From Octopus vulgaris (Eukaryota), in contig OX597815.1 of NCBI GenBank assembly GCA_951406725.2, forward strand, positions 165,602,001 to 165,666,000: 64,000 nt of DNA, read 5' to 3'. Below are positions 39,575-54,115 of this stretch, piece by piece; the stretch's first letter is position 1, and each line of letters opens with the position of its first letter. Below the pieces are notes generated by a model. The model searched no databases, was not told the origin of the DNA, and saw nothing but the letters and a program-made list of their open reading frames with translations. Position numbers and translations under genes: made by a program.

Positions 39575-39575
<1 letters not shown>
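36700..39575 (+). mobile_element. Highly decayed R4/Dong-type non-LTR element (N-terminus to RT)
   Basis: Fragments KVKWNK...RMLNIWN, LMPDEQKC, LFPMLFVIAVIPL, DLKLYGKDKNELDVLVQT...DIGM...KKCAIL; 5' boundary uncertain. Confidence 0.65.
38528..39040 (+). mobile_element. CR1-group LINE 3' fragment nested in the Dong relic
   Basis: LKTLNFYSLQRHSERYI; FTGPALFSIVPKQIK...FKRNLDKFL...NSLLEW. Confidence 0.7.
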
Positions 39576-39650
<75 letters not shown>

Positions 39651-39669
39651 CAATAATAATAATAATATT

Positions 39670-41365
39670 TCTAGTACATACAGACCGAACCATCAAGGCC
39701 AATAAACCAGATATTGTTGTGAAAGACCAAAACAATAAAGTTTGCTTATTGATCGACATGAGCATCCCCTCTGATCATAATATCTCAGCGAAAGAGTTTG
39801 ACAAGCTCAGAAAATATAAAGACCTACTCATTGAAATTGAGAAAATGTGGCATCTCAAGGCGGTTACAATACCAGTGATCGTAGAAGCACTAGGAATGAT
39901 CAAGAAGGGAACCGAAAATTATATGAGAATGATCCCTGGCTTACCATCCCTGCAAGAAGTGCAAAAGATTGTCTTAACTGGTACATCACACTCGATGATA
40001 GTGATGCTGTTGACATCGTTTTATTGGACTTTGCCAAAGCTTTTGACTCGGTAAACCACCGCCTATTACTTGTCAAGCTTCAAGCATATAGTTTCCATCC
40101 GGATATTGTACGATGGGTTGGTGCCTTCCTCTCAGATCGCTCCTTCCAAGTCCAAGTTAATGGTTCGCGGTCCGACGTCTCCAGTGCGAGCAGTGGCGTG
40201 CCTCAAGGTTCAGTGCTTGGGCCCTTGTTGTTCTTAGTCTTCATAAATGACTTGCCCGACGACCTCACGCAACACATTTCTATTTGCCGACGATATCAAA
40301 CTGGTCGCTCCTCGCGGTAATATAGAGGATCTTCGTCGATGCCTCCACCAAATTTGGAAGTGGTCTAACGATTGGGACCTGTGTCTGAACGTGTCAAAGT
40401 GCTGTCATCTGCCTGTCGGCTCTACTCCTGCAACTCAACTTGATTTCGAGCCGTGTCGTCTCCTGCTGGAGAGGACCGATCAGGTAAAGGACCTGGGTAT
40501 CTTGGTGGATTCCTCCTTTTCGCCTTCGGCCCAGTGCGTCCATGCTGCCAACAAAGCACGCGGAATTCTGTTCTTGATTCGACGGTCATTCGGAATGCTC
40601 ACGGCAGCCATATTCCTACCACTCTATGTCACGCTGGTGAGACCCATATTGGAGTATGGGATTCAAGCCTCTTCTCCTTATCTTCTCAAAGACATACAGC
40701 ATCTCGAAAGAGTCCAGAAGCTGGCTACCCGCATGGTTCATGGTCTCAAAAGTTTGTCCTACGAAGAAAGGCTGAGGACGCTCGACCTTTATTCTCTTGA
40801 AAAACGCCGCCGCCGTGGTGATTTCATTCTCGCCCACAACATCATAAGCGGAAAGTGTAACCTCTCGAAAGAGCTGTTCTTCACTCCTGCTCCAGAGCGT
40901 CGGCTGCGGGGTCATTCCGAAAAGCTCTACCTGCGACGATTTCATCTTAATCGAAGGAGAGGAGCTTTCTCCGTCCGGGTTGCGGATCCGTGGAACAAGC
41001 TGCCAGACGAGATGGTGAAGATGCCGACGACCGCTTTGTTCAAAGCCTCCCTGGACCTCAAGTGGCCTGAACTCTTTACATGAACACCACCCTGTACTTA
41101 ACTCCATGTCCCCCTACATGGTCTTGCTATTTGCTTTTGAGCCAAATTAACTAACTAACTAACTAACTATTGAGAAGAGCATTGTCGATGTGAGAACTGT
41201 TGCTGCTCATGTATTTTAATTTAACTTAAAAAAAAAAAAAAAATGAACGAACTATTGAGTTTGGTTTAATGGCCTACCAATGTATACTATGAGTTTCTTT
41301 GCCCTAGGAGTCGGGAAGACACTCGGCAAGAAATGGAAGCAAATTTGAAAGAAGAAAAAAAAGTA
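39670..41365 (+). mobile_element. R4/Dong-type LINE 3' end (restriction-like endonuclease), split by a CR1
   Basis: TDRTIKANKPDIVV...LIDMSIP...KLRKYKDL...IVLTGTSH, resuming after 41168 as LRRALSM*; begins after (AAT)n and ends at aataataat. Confidence 0.88.
39991..41168 (+). mobile_element. CR1-clade LINE, 5'-truncated within RT
   Basis: LDFAKAFDSVNH, GVPQGSVLGPLLF..FINDLP, FADDIKL (frameshift near 40270), KDLGI; (TAAC)n tail. Confidence 0.92.
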
Positions 41366-41373
41366 ATAATAAT

Positions 41374-41404
<31 letters not shown>

Positions 41405-41740
41405 GTGATTTTGATTTAGACACATAACCCATTAGTTTAGACGGGAGGATGTTAGTCAATATCATGGAATCCAGCACATGATAGGTACTTTATTTTATCG
41501 ATAGGCAAAACTGTCCTCGGCATGATTGAAAACTAGAAAGCAAAGAGCCGGGACAAGCAACGCAAGGCATTTATTTATTCGATGCTTCAGCAACACTGGA
41601 GACCGGATATCTGGAAGTAGGGATTAGTTCTTCGATTCAATTTCTGTAAATCAGTCTTTGTCTACTTTGAAAAGGAGTCAGAGTATGTCAGTACTTGCAT
41701 GGGCTGGGTATTGTCTACCTTAGTGGTATTAACTCCCATT

Positions 41741-42158
41741 GAAGGCGGCGAGCTTGCAGAAACGTTAGCACGCCGGGCGAGATGCCTAACGGTATTTCGT
41801 CTGCCGTTATGTTCTGAGTTCAAATTCAGCCGAGGTAGACTTTGTCTTTCATCCTTTCGGGGTTTGTAAATTAAGTACCAGTTACGCACTGGGGTCGATG
41901 TAATCGACTTAATCCGTTTGTCTGTCCTTGTTTGTCCTCTCTATGTTTAGCCCCTTGTGGGTAGTAAAGAAATAGGTATTTCGTCTGCCGTTACGTTCTG
42001 AGTTCAAATTCCGCCGAGGTCGACTTTGCCTTTCATCCTTTCGGGGTCGATATAATAAGTACTAGTTACGCACTGAGGTCGATGTAATCGACTTAATCCG
42101 TTTATCTGTCCTTGTTTGTCCCCTCTGTGTTTAGCCCCTTGGGGGTAGTAAAGAAATA
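41741..42158 (+). mobile_element. Tail-A SINE dimer (head + A + A)
   Basis: Internal junction aaagaaata|ggtatttcg at 41975; 16-bp TSD ggtattaactcccatt. Confidence 0.9.
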
Positions 42159-42750
42159 GGTATTAACTCCCATTTAGTTTTTTTAAGCAACTTCCCAATT
42201 TCGGAGGTGTACTTGTGAATCAAGTGATTTTCTCTGAAGCACTGTGTTGAAACTATCATAAAAAACAATCGCAGCGCGGAAGACATATTTTCTAACCATT
42301 TAGAAACACACAAAGAGTGTTAACTTAAACATTTGTTATTATTCTACTGCCTGTAGAATCATGCTAGTGACCAGGTTGTAATTAGTGCTACGAAGATTTT
42401 GGAACCAAAAGATAATGGTTAAAGTGAAGTTAACGGACGTCTTCCACACTGCAACTTCCTAATCCTTCACTTATACTAGTTTTGAGACATTTTCTTTCCT
42501 TTTCCATTATTTTATCATTCTGCGGCGCTTTAATATACTTGTATCGCTCATTCTCTTTCAGTAATATATTGGTATTGTCTCATGATATCATTATCACATC
42601 AGATTTAATCTTCCGACCTGTCTTCATAATTAATACTGCATACTCATTCATCCCAAACTGCATACCAATATCCTGGCTAAATATCCTTACACTTTGAACA
42701 ATAGAATCATCATCACCACCATCACCACCACCACCTTCACCATCATCATT

Positions 42751-42817
<67 letters not shown>

Positions 42818-44079
42818 CCACCACCACCACCACCACCACCACTACCATAATCTCTGAGTTGTTCTGATCATAAACACTAATATTATGTAATTAATACGCT
42901 GGTTTTCATAAATTTCTCCAAAGAAAAATTTGTCTTTTATTCTTTTTCATAATAGTTGTAATCCTTTAAGACATTCTAGAGAAAAAGGGAATTGGAAAAC
43001 TCCCCAATTTTACCCTAATTATTCGGTTATTTTCTCTCCATCGTTTGCGGCCTGTGGACAAATGTTTTTTTTATTAAAATGTCAGCAAGTTTGACATTTC
43101 ATGTGAGGCGCGGTCCGTGGGAGAGATAACGCTGAAGCAGTCATTTAGCTTGAAAATTTTGCCTGCCAAAGAGGAAAGGTGACTTTATCCGAAAGTTTTC
43201 CCTGAGAATTATGCAGGCATTAACTCTGACAACGCCACTTATACTATGGTATAACATAGTTTTGAGATACCGCTGTAAGCAACAACAACAACAACAACAG
43301 CAACAATAATGACTACGACAACAACACCCCAACAACAGAAGAAACTTTATTAACATTAGAAAAAGAGCAACGACGACAATAAAAACGATAGTAGCTCTAA
43401 GAAATGCTACTCATTTGTAACAGCTACCTACATTTGGACTGTACGCAGTCGAGCCCTTTCTCAAACGTGAATATACTAGGCATGTGAAGCTTTATATAAA
43501 AAGTCTTGGGCTAAACAAGCGCTTCCGTAGAATGATCTGCGTCTTTCCAAAGAAGGTACAGTTACTTATTGGTGTATAAAAGTGGGTACAAACCTTTTAC
43601 TCGCGGCAGAAAAGTAACTGGAATGTGTGTGCGAGTGAAGTACCCTTTAATACTTTAAGAAATATTAAGGATCACTGGATGACTTGCCCCAAAATGATAA
43701 AGAATTATAAAAGCATTACAGTAATCCAAGTGACTCGAAGAAATTTTAACTAATTCCAACCTTTACGAATCGTTGGTTTACCAAAGTTACTGTTCTTAAT
43801 GCGTTACCAGTAACTTTGACAATAGAACAACACGTAGAGGTAATACACTTTTCTTCTTTTTCATTGAGAAATGCCTGAGAATTCAGCTGGAGATTCTATG
43901 ATGAAGGTTATAAGTGGAAAACAGAAAGTCAGTCACTAACTATTTCAGACCATTTTTGTCTCCTGGGAAACAGCAGCTACGAAAACAAACAAAACAAAAA
44001 AATAACGTCACTTCTACTAACACCAACTAATAACGAATCAACAACAATAACAAGGAATCGACATTTAAGAACCTGGACA

Positions 44080-44203
<124 letters not shown>

Positions 44204-44279
44204 GCAAAACTTACAAATAACACGCAATGAGAGCTAGCAGTGACCTTTATGAGGTAGTGTGCCAAGTGAGATCACTCTC

Positions 44280-45075
44280 TTTACTTCACGATTGGTGAAA
44301 TTTATGTTTTTGTGATCACGTATATGTTGTAGTCTGCAACTTTGCCATGGACAGCAACAAAGAATAAATGCGAAATTTTACGTTAAACTCGAGAAGTCTG
44401 CTACAGAAACATTGAGCATGCATCGGCAAGCTTACGGTGACGAGGTAATGGATCGTGCGCAATATTATTTCGAGTTGCACGGGCGCTTCAAAAATGGAAG
44501 AACATCCTTGGAAGACGATGAACGATCTGGAAGACCTGTCAAGAGTATCATCCCCGGAAACGTGGTATTGTGCATAGAGAATTCGTCCCCCAGGGCTAGA
44601 CCATCAATCGAGAGTTCTACTACAACGCTTTGAAGCGTTTGTGGGAGGTCATTCGGCGAAAGCGACAGGATCTGTGGAGAGCGAAGAATTCACTGAGTTT
44701 TCACTGAGATCTCCTCACACGTGAGTTTCTCGCCAAAAACGATATGGTATCGCTCCGCACCCGTCCTATTCGCCAGAATTAGCGCTGCGGCTTTCCATCC
44801 CATCCCATCCCATCCCATCTCCAGGATGAGAACGCAGCTCAAAGGTCACCGTTTTAATACCGTTCTCGAGATCCGCAGTGAATCGCAGAAATCTCTCGAC
44901 TCGCTTACGGAAAACAACTTCCGGGCCTGATTCCAAAAGTGATAGGAACGCTGGGACTGGTGTATTGCTGCGCAAGGTGACTATTTCGAAGGAGATGATA
45001 TTTAAAAATTTAGGTAAATGAGTTATTTTTTTTATTTAACATAATTTATCCGGGAGCTTTTTGATAGCATCTCGT
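44280..45075 (+). mobile_element. Internally deleted mariner transposon
   Basis: QAYGDE...RFKNGRTSLEDDERSGRP, LKGHRFNT, CIAAQGDYFEGD; right TIR ...ctttttgatagcatctcgt. Confidence 0.85.
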
Positions 45076-46953
45076 TTGCCTCGTCCAGTCGAACCAGAGC
45101 GGAGAATAAAACTGAGAGAGGGCACTCGCCCTTTGTAGTCAGAGTAATAATAAATCTGTGGGGTTACTTGACTTGCTCAAATGGCCATTCCCCAGCCACC
45201 GAGACTGTTGGGAAGGAAAGAGGAAGGCAAACTTAAATCGGAGACATAACCCTCGTGTTTTCAACTATGGACTCCATTAAAGGTACCTAAGGTTGTGGTG
45301 CTAAACCGAGTGACAAATTAAGTTGACCAGTCAAATAAGCTATGATGCAAAGAACGTAAGCAAGTACCGCTGGACATCTGATCTCTCATTCTAATTCCGC
45401 TAACCAATAGCCCTGAATTGATAGTTCTTTATCCAGCTCCGTAATTTTTCCACGAAATGCCTCCTTCTCCGTAGCCCTTGTGGCAAATAAAGAAATTATT
45501 TATTACTGTGATTATTAATGTTGCTATTAATGTCGTTATATTCATTTCCGGATTATCTTTATCAAGAAAATAATCAGAAATGCTGAGCTATTACGAAGTG
45601 AAACCTGCCACGAGTTACAATCTCTCACCGATAAACAGTTGTAATGATGATACTGGTGCTAAGAGACGGGGGTAATGTTTGTGATAGAAATAATAACGAC
45701 TGAACTGTGATGGAATACTTCGAAGCTCTCTGCGATATGAAGGAAAAAATTAGATAAATAAAATGAATATGGTATAGTACATAAAATAATGGATTTTTTT
45801 CCTGTAGCCAATAGCATGAGGTCAGAAATTTTCATTAACTTTCGTCTATTCCATCACAGGACACTATCAACAGTAGATCATCAGTCCCGTATAATGGGTT
45901 ACGAATATGGTGTTGTTTAAACAAGAGATATCAAGATGGCCGGTCAGAATTGCAAATGTTTTAGTTTCCTTTTTTCTTTCTTCTTTTTTTCTTTTTCAAT
46001 ATATGGCTTTAATAAAATTATCAATATGATAATTATTTGAAATGTATTGTTCAGTAAGATAAAGCGATATACGATGGCATCTCGTTAAAAATAGACATTT
46101 CGAGTAGCAAAACAAGTAAATATATAAATTGATAAATACACAGATAAAAATAAACTACATCTCGCCGTGATGTCTTTGTTTTGGTTCTGGTTTTTATTCT
46201 ATCGATCTACCTTTCAACGTCACAGTTTCCGTGGACGAATTATTCAAGTCGACAGTATGGAGGCGTGTTGCTGACCGATAGTTTCTATTTATACGGTAGT
46301 GTGCATGCCAGTTATGGATTTTATGAGCCATGCCGTTACTAATACAAATCGAAAATTGCTTCAGCAGGAAATACCCAACTCAACTTGCATAATTCGGTGT
46401 TTATTAGTACTGTCTATTACATGTGCATTCCTACGTATGTATGGATAAGTAGATAGTTATAGATACATGCGAGAATTTACTTGCAATATTCGTACGAGTG
46501 AATAAAATATAATATCACCCCCTTGAGTGATCTATAGCGATTGTTATAGAATAGAAGCGATCACCTGGTGAGCTGAGTTCTCCAGCTAGCTTAGAATTAT
46601 GAATATATAGGCATTTGTATGAAATGCCAGGAAATCTCATATTCCCTTTTCCTATAAATTTGAAACCATGATGTAATGTAATATATATACATATATATAC
46701 ATATATATATACATACACATATATATATATATACATATACATACATATATATATACATACATATATATATATACATATATATACATATACATACATATAT
46801 ACACATACATATATACACACACACATACACACATACATACATACATACATGCATACATACATACATACATACATACATACATGCATACATACATACATAA
46901 ATACATACATACATACATACATACATACATACATACATACATACATACATACA

Positions 46954-46986
<33 letters not shown>

Positions 46987-47759
46987 CGTAGTTGTATTTG
47001 CTTGGCAAGTGTTACGTGTAAATACGTTTGCATATTACTCCCTCTCTGCTTTCTCTCTCTCCATCTCTCACATTCTCTCTCTCTCTCTCTCTCTCTCTGT
47101 CTGTCTGTCTGTCTCTCTCTCTGTCTGTCTGTCTGTCTCTCTCTCTCTGTGCTTGTGCGTGTGCATTCATACACATACACACATACGTATACAGGTATTC
47201 AAAAATGCTCTTACACAAGCACACATTTGCACACACACACACTCATATTCGTTCATACACGCACAGACACAAGCATACACAAGCACGCACATCCACCACC
47301 ACCACCACCGCCACTTCTGCCAAACACCTCCATATATACTGACAGAGTAAGAGAAAGTGAGGGAGGGGAGAGAGAGAGAGAGAGAATTAACGAAATGGTC
47401 AGAAATCTATGCGGCTAGCTGGCCAGATGGCTAAAAAGAGAAACGAATAACCAGACAAACAGACAGTGGAACTCGTAGAACGACTGATAAAATATAGAAG
47501 CGGACGAGAGAATGGTGTTCGGATGAAAGAATGGGGGGGGGGAATTCTTATCTTTGATTGAATAAATTGAAATAATTTTATCTTTATACTTTGTGTCTAT
47601 TATACAGATAAGGTTTTCCCAAAATATGCATTTCAGTTTTTCAATAATTAATGCACACATGCGCATAAATGCTGATATGTGTGTGTGTCTGTGTGTCTGC
47701 TTGTACATGCATACACACACATGTATACATATGTGAGTGTGTATATATACAAATGTATA

Positions 47760-47801
<42 letters not shown>

Positions 47802-48086
47802 AGCATATATATATATGTCTATCTATCTATGTGTGTGTGTGTATACATACATTCATATAAATATAAATAAATATATATATATAAATATAAATATATAAAT
47901 TGATATATATTTATATGTATGCATATATACTTATCTGTCTATATACATATCTATATATGTATGTATATATATATATATCAGGTGGTGCTATTATAGACAT
48001 ATATATATAAAGTATCAAAGTATATATATATATATATATATTGTGTGTGTGTGTGTGTGTATACATCAATATGTATTTATAAATAA

Positions 48087-48129
<43 letters not shown>

Positions 48130-48917
48130 ACACGCTTATAGATATAAACATACATATATCTGCATGTGTCTGTGTGCACGCGCGCGTGTCTGTACGCGGC
48201 GTTCCTGTATGTTTAATGTTTGCTGTTTATGATTTCGAGTGAGTGCATGTCTATGTATATGTATGTGAGAATGTGTTTGTGTGTGGGAGGATGTCTTGCG
48301 TCTCTGTATGATCACAGACGTTCGTAGTTGTAAAAGAAAAGTTGGTAAACAGCGTGTGCCAAAGAACATTTTCCTAGTCTACATTTTCCTAACTACAAAC
48401 ACACGTTGCTGTGAACCAGGAACAGTTTAAAATGCTTTCTATCCAAACAAATTATATGACACAATACTTTGTTCCTATCATTCTCTCTTATAACCGAATT
48501 TCCTTCTTACCAAATCAATACCATCGCCACAACTCAAGAATTTTCAATAATTTTAGTTCTTTTTTTTCAGAATATGTCTCTCAATGTATAGTTATGTGCT
48601 ATGGAAACTATCTCTCAACGTATAGTTATGTGTACATTATGGCTACTACAGCTCTCCTAGTTGTTAGGATACGAGCCAACCAGCCAATCAGGATAGTGAC
48701 CTGTTAGCATATCATACAAAACGCTTTGCAATATTTATTCCAGTTTCTAGCTTTCTAAGTTTAAATACCACCGAGGTCATCTATGTTTTTCGTCCATCTC
48801 GGGGTCGATATATGAAATAATATTCTAGAGCAGAATTGCCAGAGAGTCGTCGGACGGGATTATTTGCGGCATATTTTACGGTGACTTGCGTTCATATAGA
48901 TATGAATGCAAAGAATG

Positions 48918-49045
<128 letters not shown>

Positions 49046-49090
49046 TGGTGCAGATCGTTCGGCAAAAGCTGAACACTCATACGTCATCTT

Positions 49091-49223
49091 CGACGAAATT
49101 TCTGAGGAATCGAAAGGAGGTAGGGGCATGTTGTAAGCTTCTATGTATGTTTGTGTAAGTGGTTGTGTTGTTGTTGACTGTTTGTGTGGTGTATGTGATA
49201 GATAGATAGATGGTTGTGTGCAC

Positions 49224-49295
<72 letters not shown>

Positions 49296-49418
49296 GGTTA
49301 AGTGGTTAGGGTGTTCCACTCACGACCGGAGATCATGGTTTCAATTCCTACAGCAGGTGGTGCAGATCGTTCGGCAAAAGCTGAACACTCATACGTCATC
49401 TTCGATGGATGAGTCCGT

Positions 49419-49509
<91 letters not shown>

Positions 49510-50064
49510 ATATATGTTTATGTATGTATGTATATATATATATGTATATATATATATGTATATATATATTATATATATATATAGAAATGCGCAAAGCAAC
49601 TACTGCCACAATTTTTAATCTTCCCATTTTACCAATGTGCTTTCGGATCATCAACACAAATGAGACTGAACAAGGAAACATTCTTCATTGAAAAGTACAA
49701 ACCCAGACTCAACCATCCGAACATACTGACACAGAGAAATTAACAAGGGAAAGGGGAAAAAAATTTTAAGCAATTATCTCCCTTACACCGGAAGAAATCA
49801 CTCACTACCTCCCCTTATTTAGAAATCTCCTGAAAATAAACACAACGATAACTCCATGCAATATAAACATAACGTCACAAGAAATTTGAAAAGCTACACG
49901 CGAAACCGGTAATTTCTTTAAAAATTTTAAAATTATGTCATTTTAAGGAAAGGAAAAAAATTTTTCCAATATTCTCCAGACATTTTGACACAAATATATA
50001 TATTTTTTAACATTTAAGCCTTCTGTCGTTTTTTCACTCTTTACTATTTTCTTATATATATATT

Positions 50065-50114
<50 letters not shown>

Positions 50115-50341
50115 CATACATAAACATATATACACACACACACACATATATATATATGTGTGTGTGTTTGTATGTGTGTGTGTGTATGTGTGTGTGTGTG
50201 TGTGTGTGTATGACGGACTCATCCATCGAAGATGACGTATGAGTGTTCAGCTTTTGCCGAACGATCTGCACCACCTGCTGTAGGAATTGAAACCATGATC
50301 TCCGGTCGTGAGTGGAACACCCTAACCACTTAACCATGCGC

Positions 50342-50411
<70 letters not shown>

Positions 50412-50544
50412 GTGCACACAACCATCTATCTATCTATCACATACACCACACAAACAGTCAACAACAACACAACCACTTACACAAACATACATAGAAGCTT
50501 ACAACATGCCCCTACCTCCTTTCGATTCCTCAGAAATTTCGTCG
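49091..50544. repeat. Near-perfect inverted duplication (arms ~49091-49580 and ~50053-50544)
   Basis: Non-microsatellite parts of the arms appear to be exact reverse complements; each arm includes a short SINE and the LINE 5' end. Confidence 0.92.
49583..50050 (+). mobile_element. Second Penelope-like family, 3' end (GIY-YIG C-terminus + degenerate hammerhead at 49879-49918)
   Basis: [18 protein letters not shown]...MRLNKETFFIEKYKPRLN; aagaaat-ttgaaaa-gc..gc-GAAA-ccgGTA-atttctt. Confidence 0.65.
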
Positions 50545-53313
50545 GAAGACGAAAGCAGTGAGGAATGGCAAATAGCCAGAAAAGGGAGGAGGAAGAGGAG
50601 CAAGAATAGAACCAAACGAAACGCAAACGCAAACAAAGTAGGGAGATACACAACTCCCGAAAACTTTTCGAACACCAATACTAACAACTACACCTCAAAA
50701 ACATATACACACACAATGCTCACTGACATCAACATGAAAATTACAGAGTTGATGGAATACATCAACACAAAAACAAACCTAACATACACAACAATCCATA
50801 CACAACACCACCAGAACACATTAAAATATTGCACATCACACCACCCCTGCACCACACACTAAAATTTATTTATCCCAATACGGTTGGAAGATGCCAGAAG
50901 TACTCTTCCAAAACACTTTATAGTGATCTCCTCGAGGAAAAATCAAAGGAGACAAAAACTTTCGAACGGTGACTCTCTGTTCCTATCATTAGTGTCTGAA
51001 CACGCATCATTAGGATTATGATCAAGATCGGTTGTGTGAATGCGCGGGGTTTGGGGTCCCCTTGGAAACAAGGGTATCTCTTAAGCGACATAAAGTCATA
51101 TGTATTAAAAGGCATAGCCATAAGTGAGACCAGACTCCGTAATCCACGGGCCCTAAAGTCCATGTTTGGCGAACATTTTTCTCCCTGTCTACCGTGAATG
51201 GGCGGTAGTGGCACGGCCTTTACTTTTAGTGAGGGGTTGGAATGCTCTCTTGAGCACGCTTCTAGACTACGTGGGCAGAGATAGGAATAGACGGGGATGC
51301 AAATGCCTTTACTTTTAGTGAGGGGTTGGAATGCTCCCTTGGGCACGCATCTAGACTACGTGGGCAGAGATAGGAATAGACGGGGGATGCAAATGCCTTA
51401 GAGACTTGCTCAGACGCTTTCAACTGTCTGACAGGTACCACCCAAATGCGCCAACGTGGACATGGAGCAACCGCATCGGGTCGTCAAGATAGTATCTAGA
51501 TAGGATACTGTGTAGGACAGTAGACAGAGATAGCGTAGGGTGTCCACAATTCCACATAGTCAGCTACACGGATCACAAACTTGTGACGTGTACGCTAGAC
51601 TTAGATAGGCAAGGCCTCGATTACTCGAGATTCAACGCGTCTTTCTCTGGGTTAGCACGCTAGTAAAGAGGCCTTTGACGGAAGCCATTATCAACAACAA
51701 ATGGTGGTTTGCCCCCAAGAGAACAATAAAAGCAGAAGCGATTAGGTTTAACAAAGCACTAGCCATAGATAGAAACAGAGTAGAGGGTGACCTAGTTAAG
51801 AAGCTAGAAAAGGCGATTAGCAGTGGCTTCGCATCCGACTTTTTGGCGGCGAGGTAGGCCCTCGACCAACACTTCAAAGCCAAACACAAAGGGTGTGTTG
51901 TCAGGGCTAGGATGCGTGCTCTAAGGAACGAAGGTGTTGGAGCCGTACGAGAGGCCCGAGTGGCGAAGGCGCAACAGGGCAACAAAGCCACCATGCAGTC
52001 ACTGGTAGATAAACAGGGGCGCGAATTACTCGAGCCAAGTAAAATGTGTGAGGCCTTTCATTTTGCCCGACTCTTCGTGACGAGTGGCGAGTGAGAACGT
52101 AGGGTGGACTTTAGTGCCTACCTGCACAGCCTGCCACGACTCTCGACAAAAGAGGCAGAGTGCTGCGAAGGTGCCATTACGGTGGCGGAAGTGCGGGATG
52201 CTATGGCAGAATGCCCGAGGGACAAATCGCCGAGTTTGGATGTCTACCCTACGAGCTTTACACTTGTATGCCAGACATGTTTGGAGACGTCTTGGCAGCA
52301 GTATACTGCACTTGGTAGCAAAACAGGAGCATCCCCGGTTTTGTGAGCCGAGGAGCCGTAACGCTGCTAAAGAAAGATCCAAACAAGGAGGACGTAATAG
52401 ATAACTTTAGGCCCATCACTCTGCTCAATGCAGACTTGAAAATTTTGGCCACGGTGTTAGCGAAGAGGTTGGCTCTTGTCATCGAGAAACTGGTCAACAA
52501 GGTGCAAACGGGCGCCGTGGGGGTGGGTTGGGGCTGATCAATTTAGATCAATCCACAGTTTTCGATGGGGTAGATCATCGATACTTGGAGGTTGTCCTCA
52601 TAGCAGCTGGTTTCGGTCCCGTCTTCCGCGGTTGGATAGCTGCCTTGTACAGAGACATCCGTTTGGTAATTCGCGGTATTGACTCTCGAGCCACTACTGC
52701 GGAAGCTGGCGTCACTGAAGGGCATCCCGCGAGAATTGGGATGCGGGACGAGCGTGTCCGCACACGCGGACGACGTCACCCTCACAGTGTCTAGCCAGAA
52801 GCACATCGAGTTGGTCGGCGAGACACTGAAATACTACGAAGCGGTAACAGGAGCGAAAATCAACCGGGAAAAGTCAGTATGCTTGCGGCTCGGCACCTAG
52901 AGAAGCAAGCCCATGCCATCCACCAGCGCCTCCGTCCGGGGACGCTGGACCGACTGTCTGGTCGAGTTGCTCGGGGTCTGGTTTGGCCCGGATCTCCAAA
53001 CGGAGAAGAACTGGAACGAGATAACGAGTAGGGTGGTCACTGTCGCCCGGCAATAGGAAGCTGTCCCTAAAAGGTCAGGCGGAGGTGGCGAACACGTACA
53101 TCGCGTCCGTCATCTACAACTGCCTGACCGTCGTGTCTTGTCCCGACCCTACCATCACCAAACTGAAACGTATTCTCTTCCGCTTCTCGTCGAAAGGATG
53201 CATCCCGATGGTCAGGCCATCCGCTTGCTGCTAACACCCGTTAAAAGGAGGGATGGGCATGCCGTGGTTGATGATGCGCAGACGCGCTGAGACTGCGACA
53301 TCTCCGACTCTAC
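50420..53313 (+). mobile_element. Decayed Tx1/L1-like LINE (ORF1-like start, APE and RT)
   Basis: From 51018: MIKIGCVNARGL...ISETRL, GWNA, YLDRI, TDHKLV, DKSPSLD, NFRPITLLNADLKIL, LDQ..FD.VDH, HADDVT, GAKINREKS, GGMGMP; many frameshifts. Confidence 0.88.
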
Positions 53314-53700
53314 TTTAGTTTGCAGTTTTTTAGACAAATTTTATGTTCATAAGAGGACACTACTGCAAAGTATTCTGCTTACCAAGACAATGAAGTTTAC
53401 AATTTTATTCACAACTCAGAGGTACATGCCAATGAAGGAGGATTAATGCGGTTACTCGACTTTCAAGAAATCGTCGCCAAACTGACTCAAATCACGAACG
53501 ACCAATTCAAAAGAAAAGACATTAAGGCACGTTGAAGAATCTTATCCTAGATAGATAAAAAGAAGGGATGGTCATGATTGGAATGCTTTCAAAAACGACG
53601 ACAACATCAAGCACGACGATGACAACATCAAGAATAAATTATAGCAACTACAACGACAACTACTACAACAACAATAACAACAACAATAAAGATCATATCT

Positions 53701-54115
53701 ATTTCTTTACTACCCACAATGGGCAAAACACAGAAGGGACAAACAAGGACAGACAAACGGATTAAGTCGATTATATCGACCCCAGTGCGTAACTGGTACT
53801 TAATTTATCGACCCCGAAAGGATGAAAGGTAAAGTCGACCTCGGCGGAATTTGAACTCAGAACGTAACGGCAGACGAAATACCTATTTCTTTATTACCCA
53901 CAAGGGCTAAACACAGAGGGGACAAACAAGGACAGACAAACGGATTAAGTCGATTATATCGACCCCAGTGCGTAACTGGTACTTATTTAATCGACCCCGA
54001 AAGGATGAAAGGTAAAGTCGACCTCGGCGGAATTTGAACTCAGAACGTAACGGCAGACGAAATACCGCTAAGCATTTCGCCCGGCGTGCTAACGTTTCTG
54101 CCAGCTCGTCGCCTT
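53701..54115 (-). mobile_element. Tail-A SINE dimer
   Basis: Two bodies and one head; 17-bp TSD caataaaga(t/c)catatct. Confidence 0.9.

Noticed and set aside
41975-42159. SINE body looks intron-like (GT...cttaat-polypyrimidine-AG)
   Set aside because: TSDs show that the ggtatt junction is better explained as an insertion target; there is no evidence of splicing.
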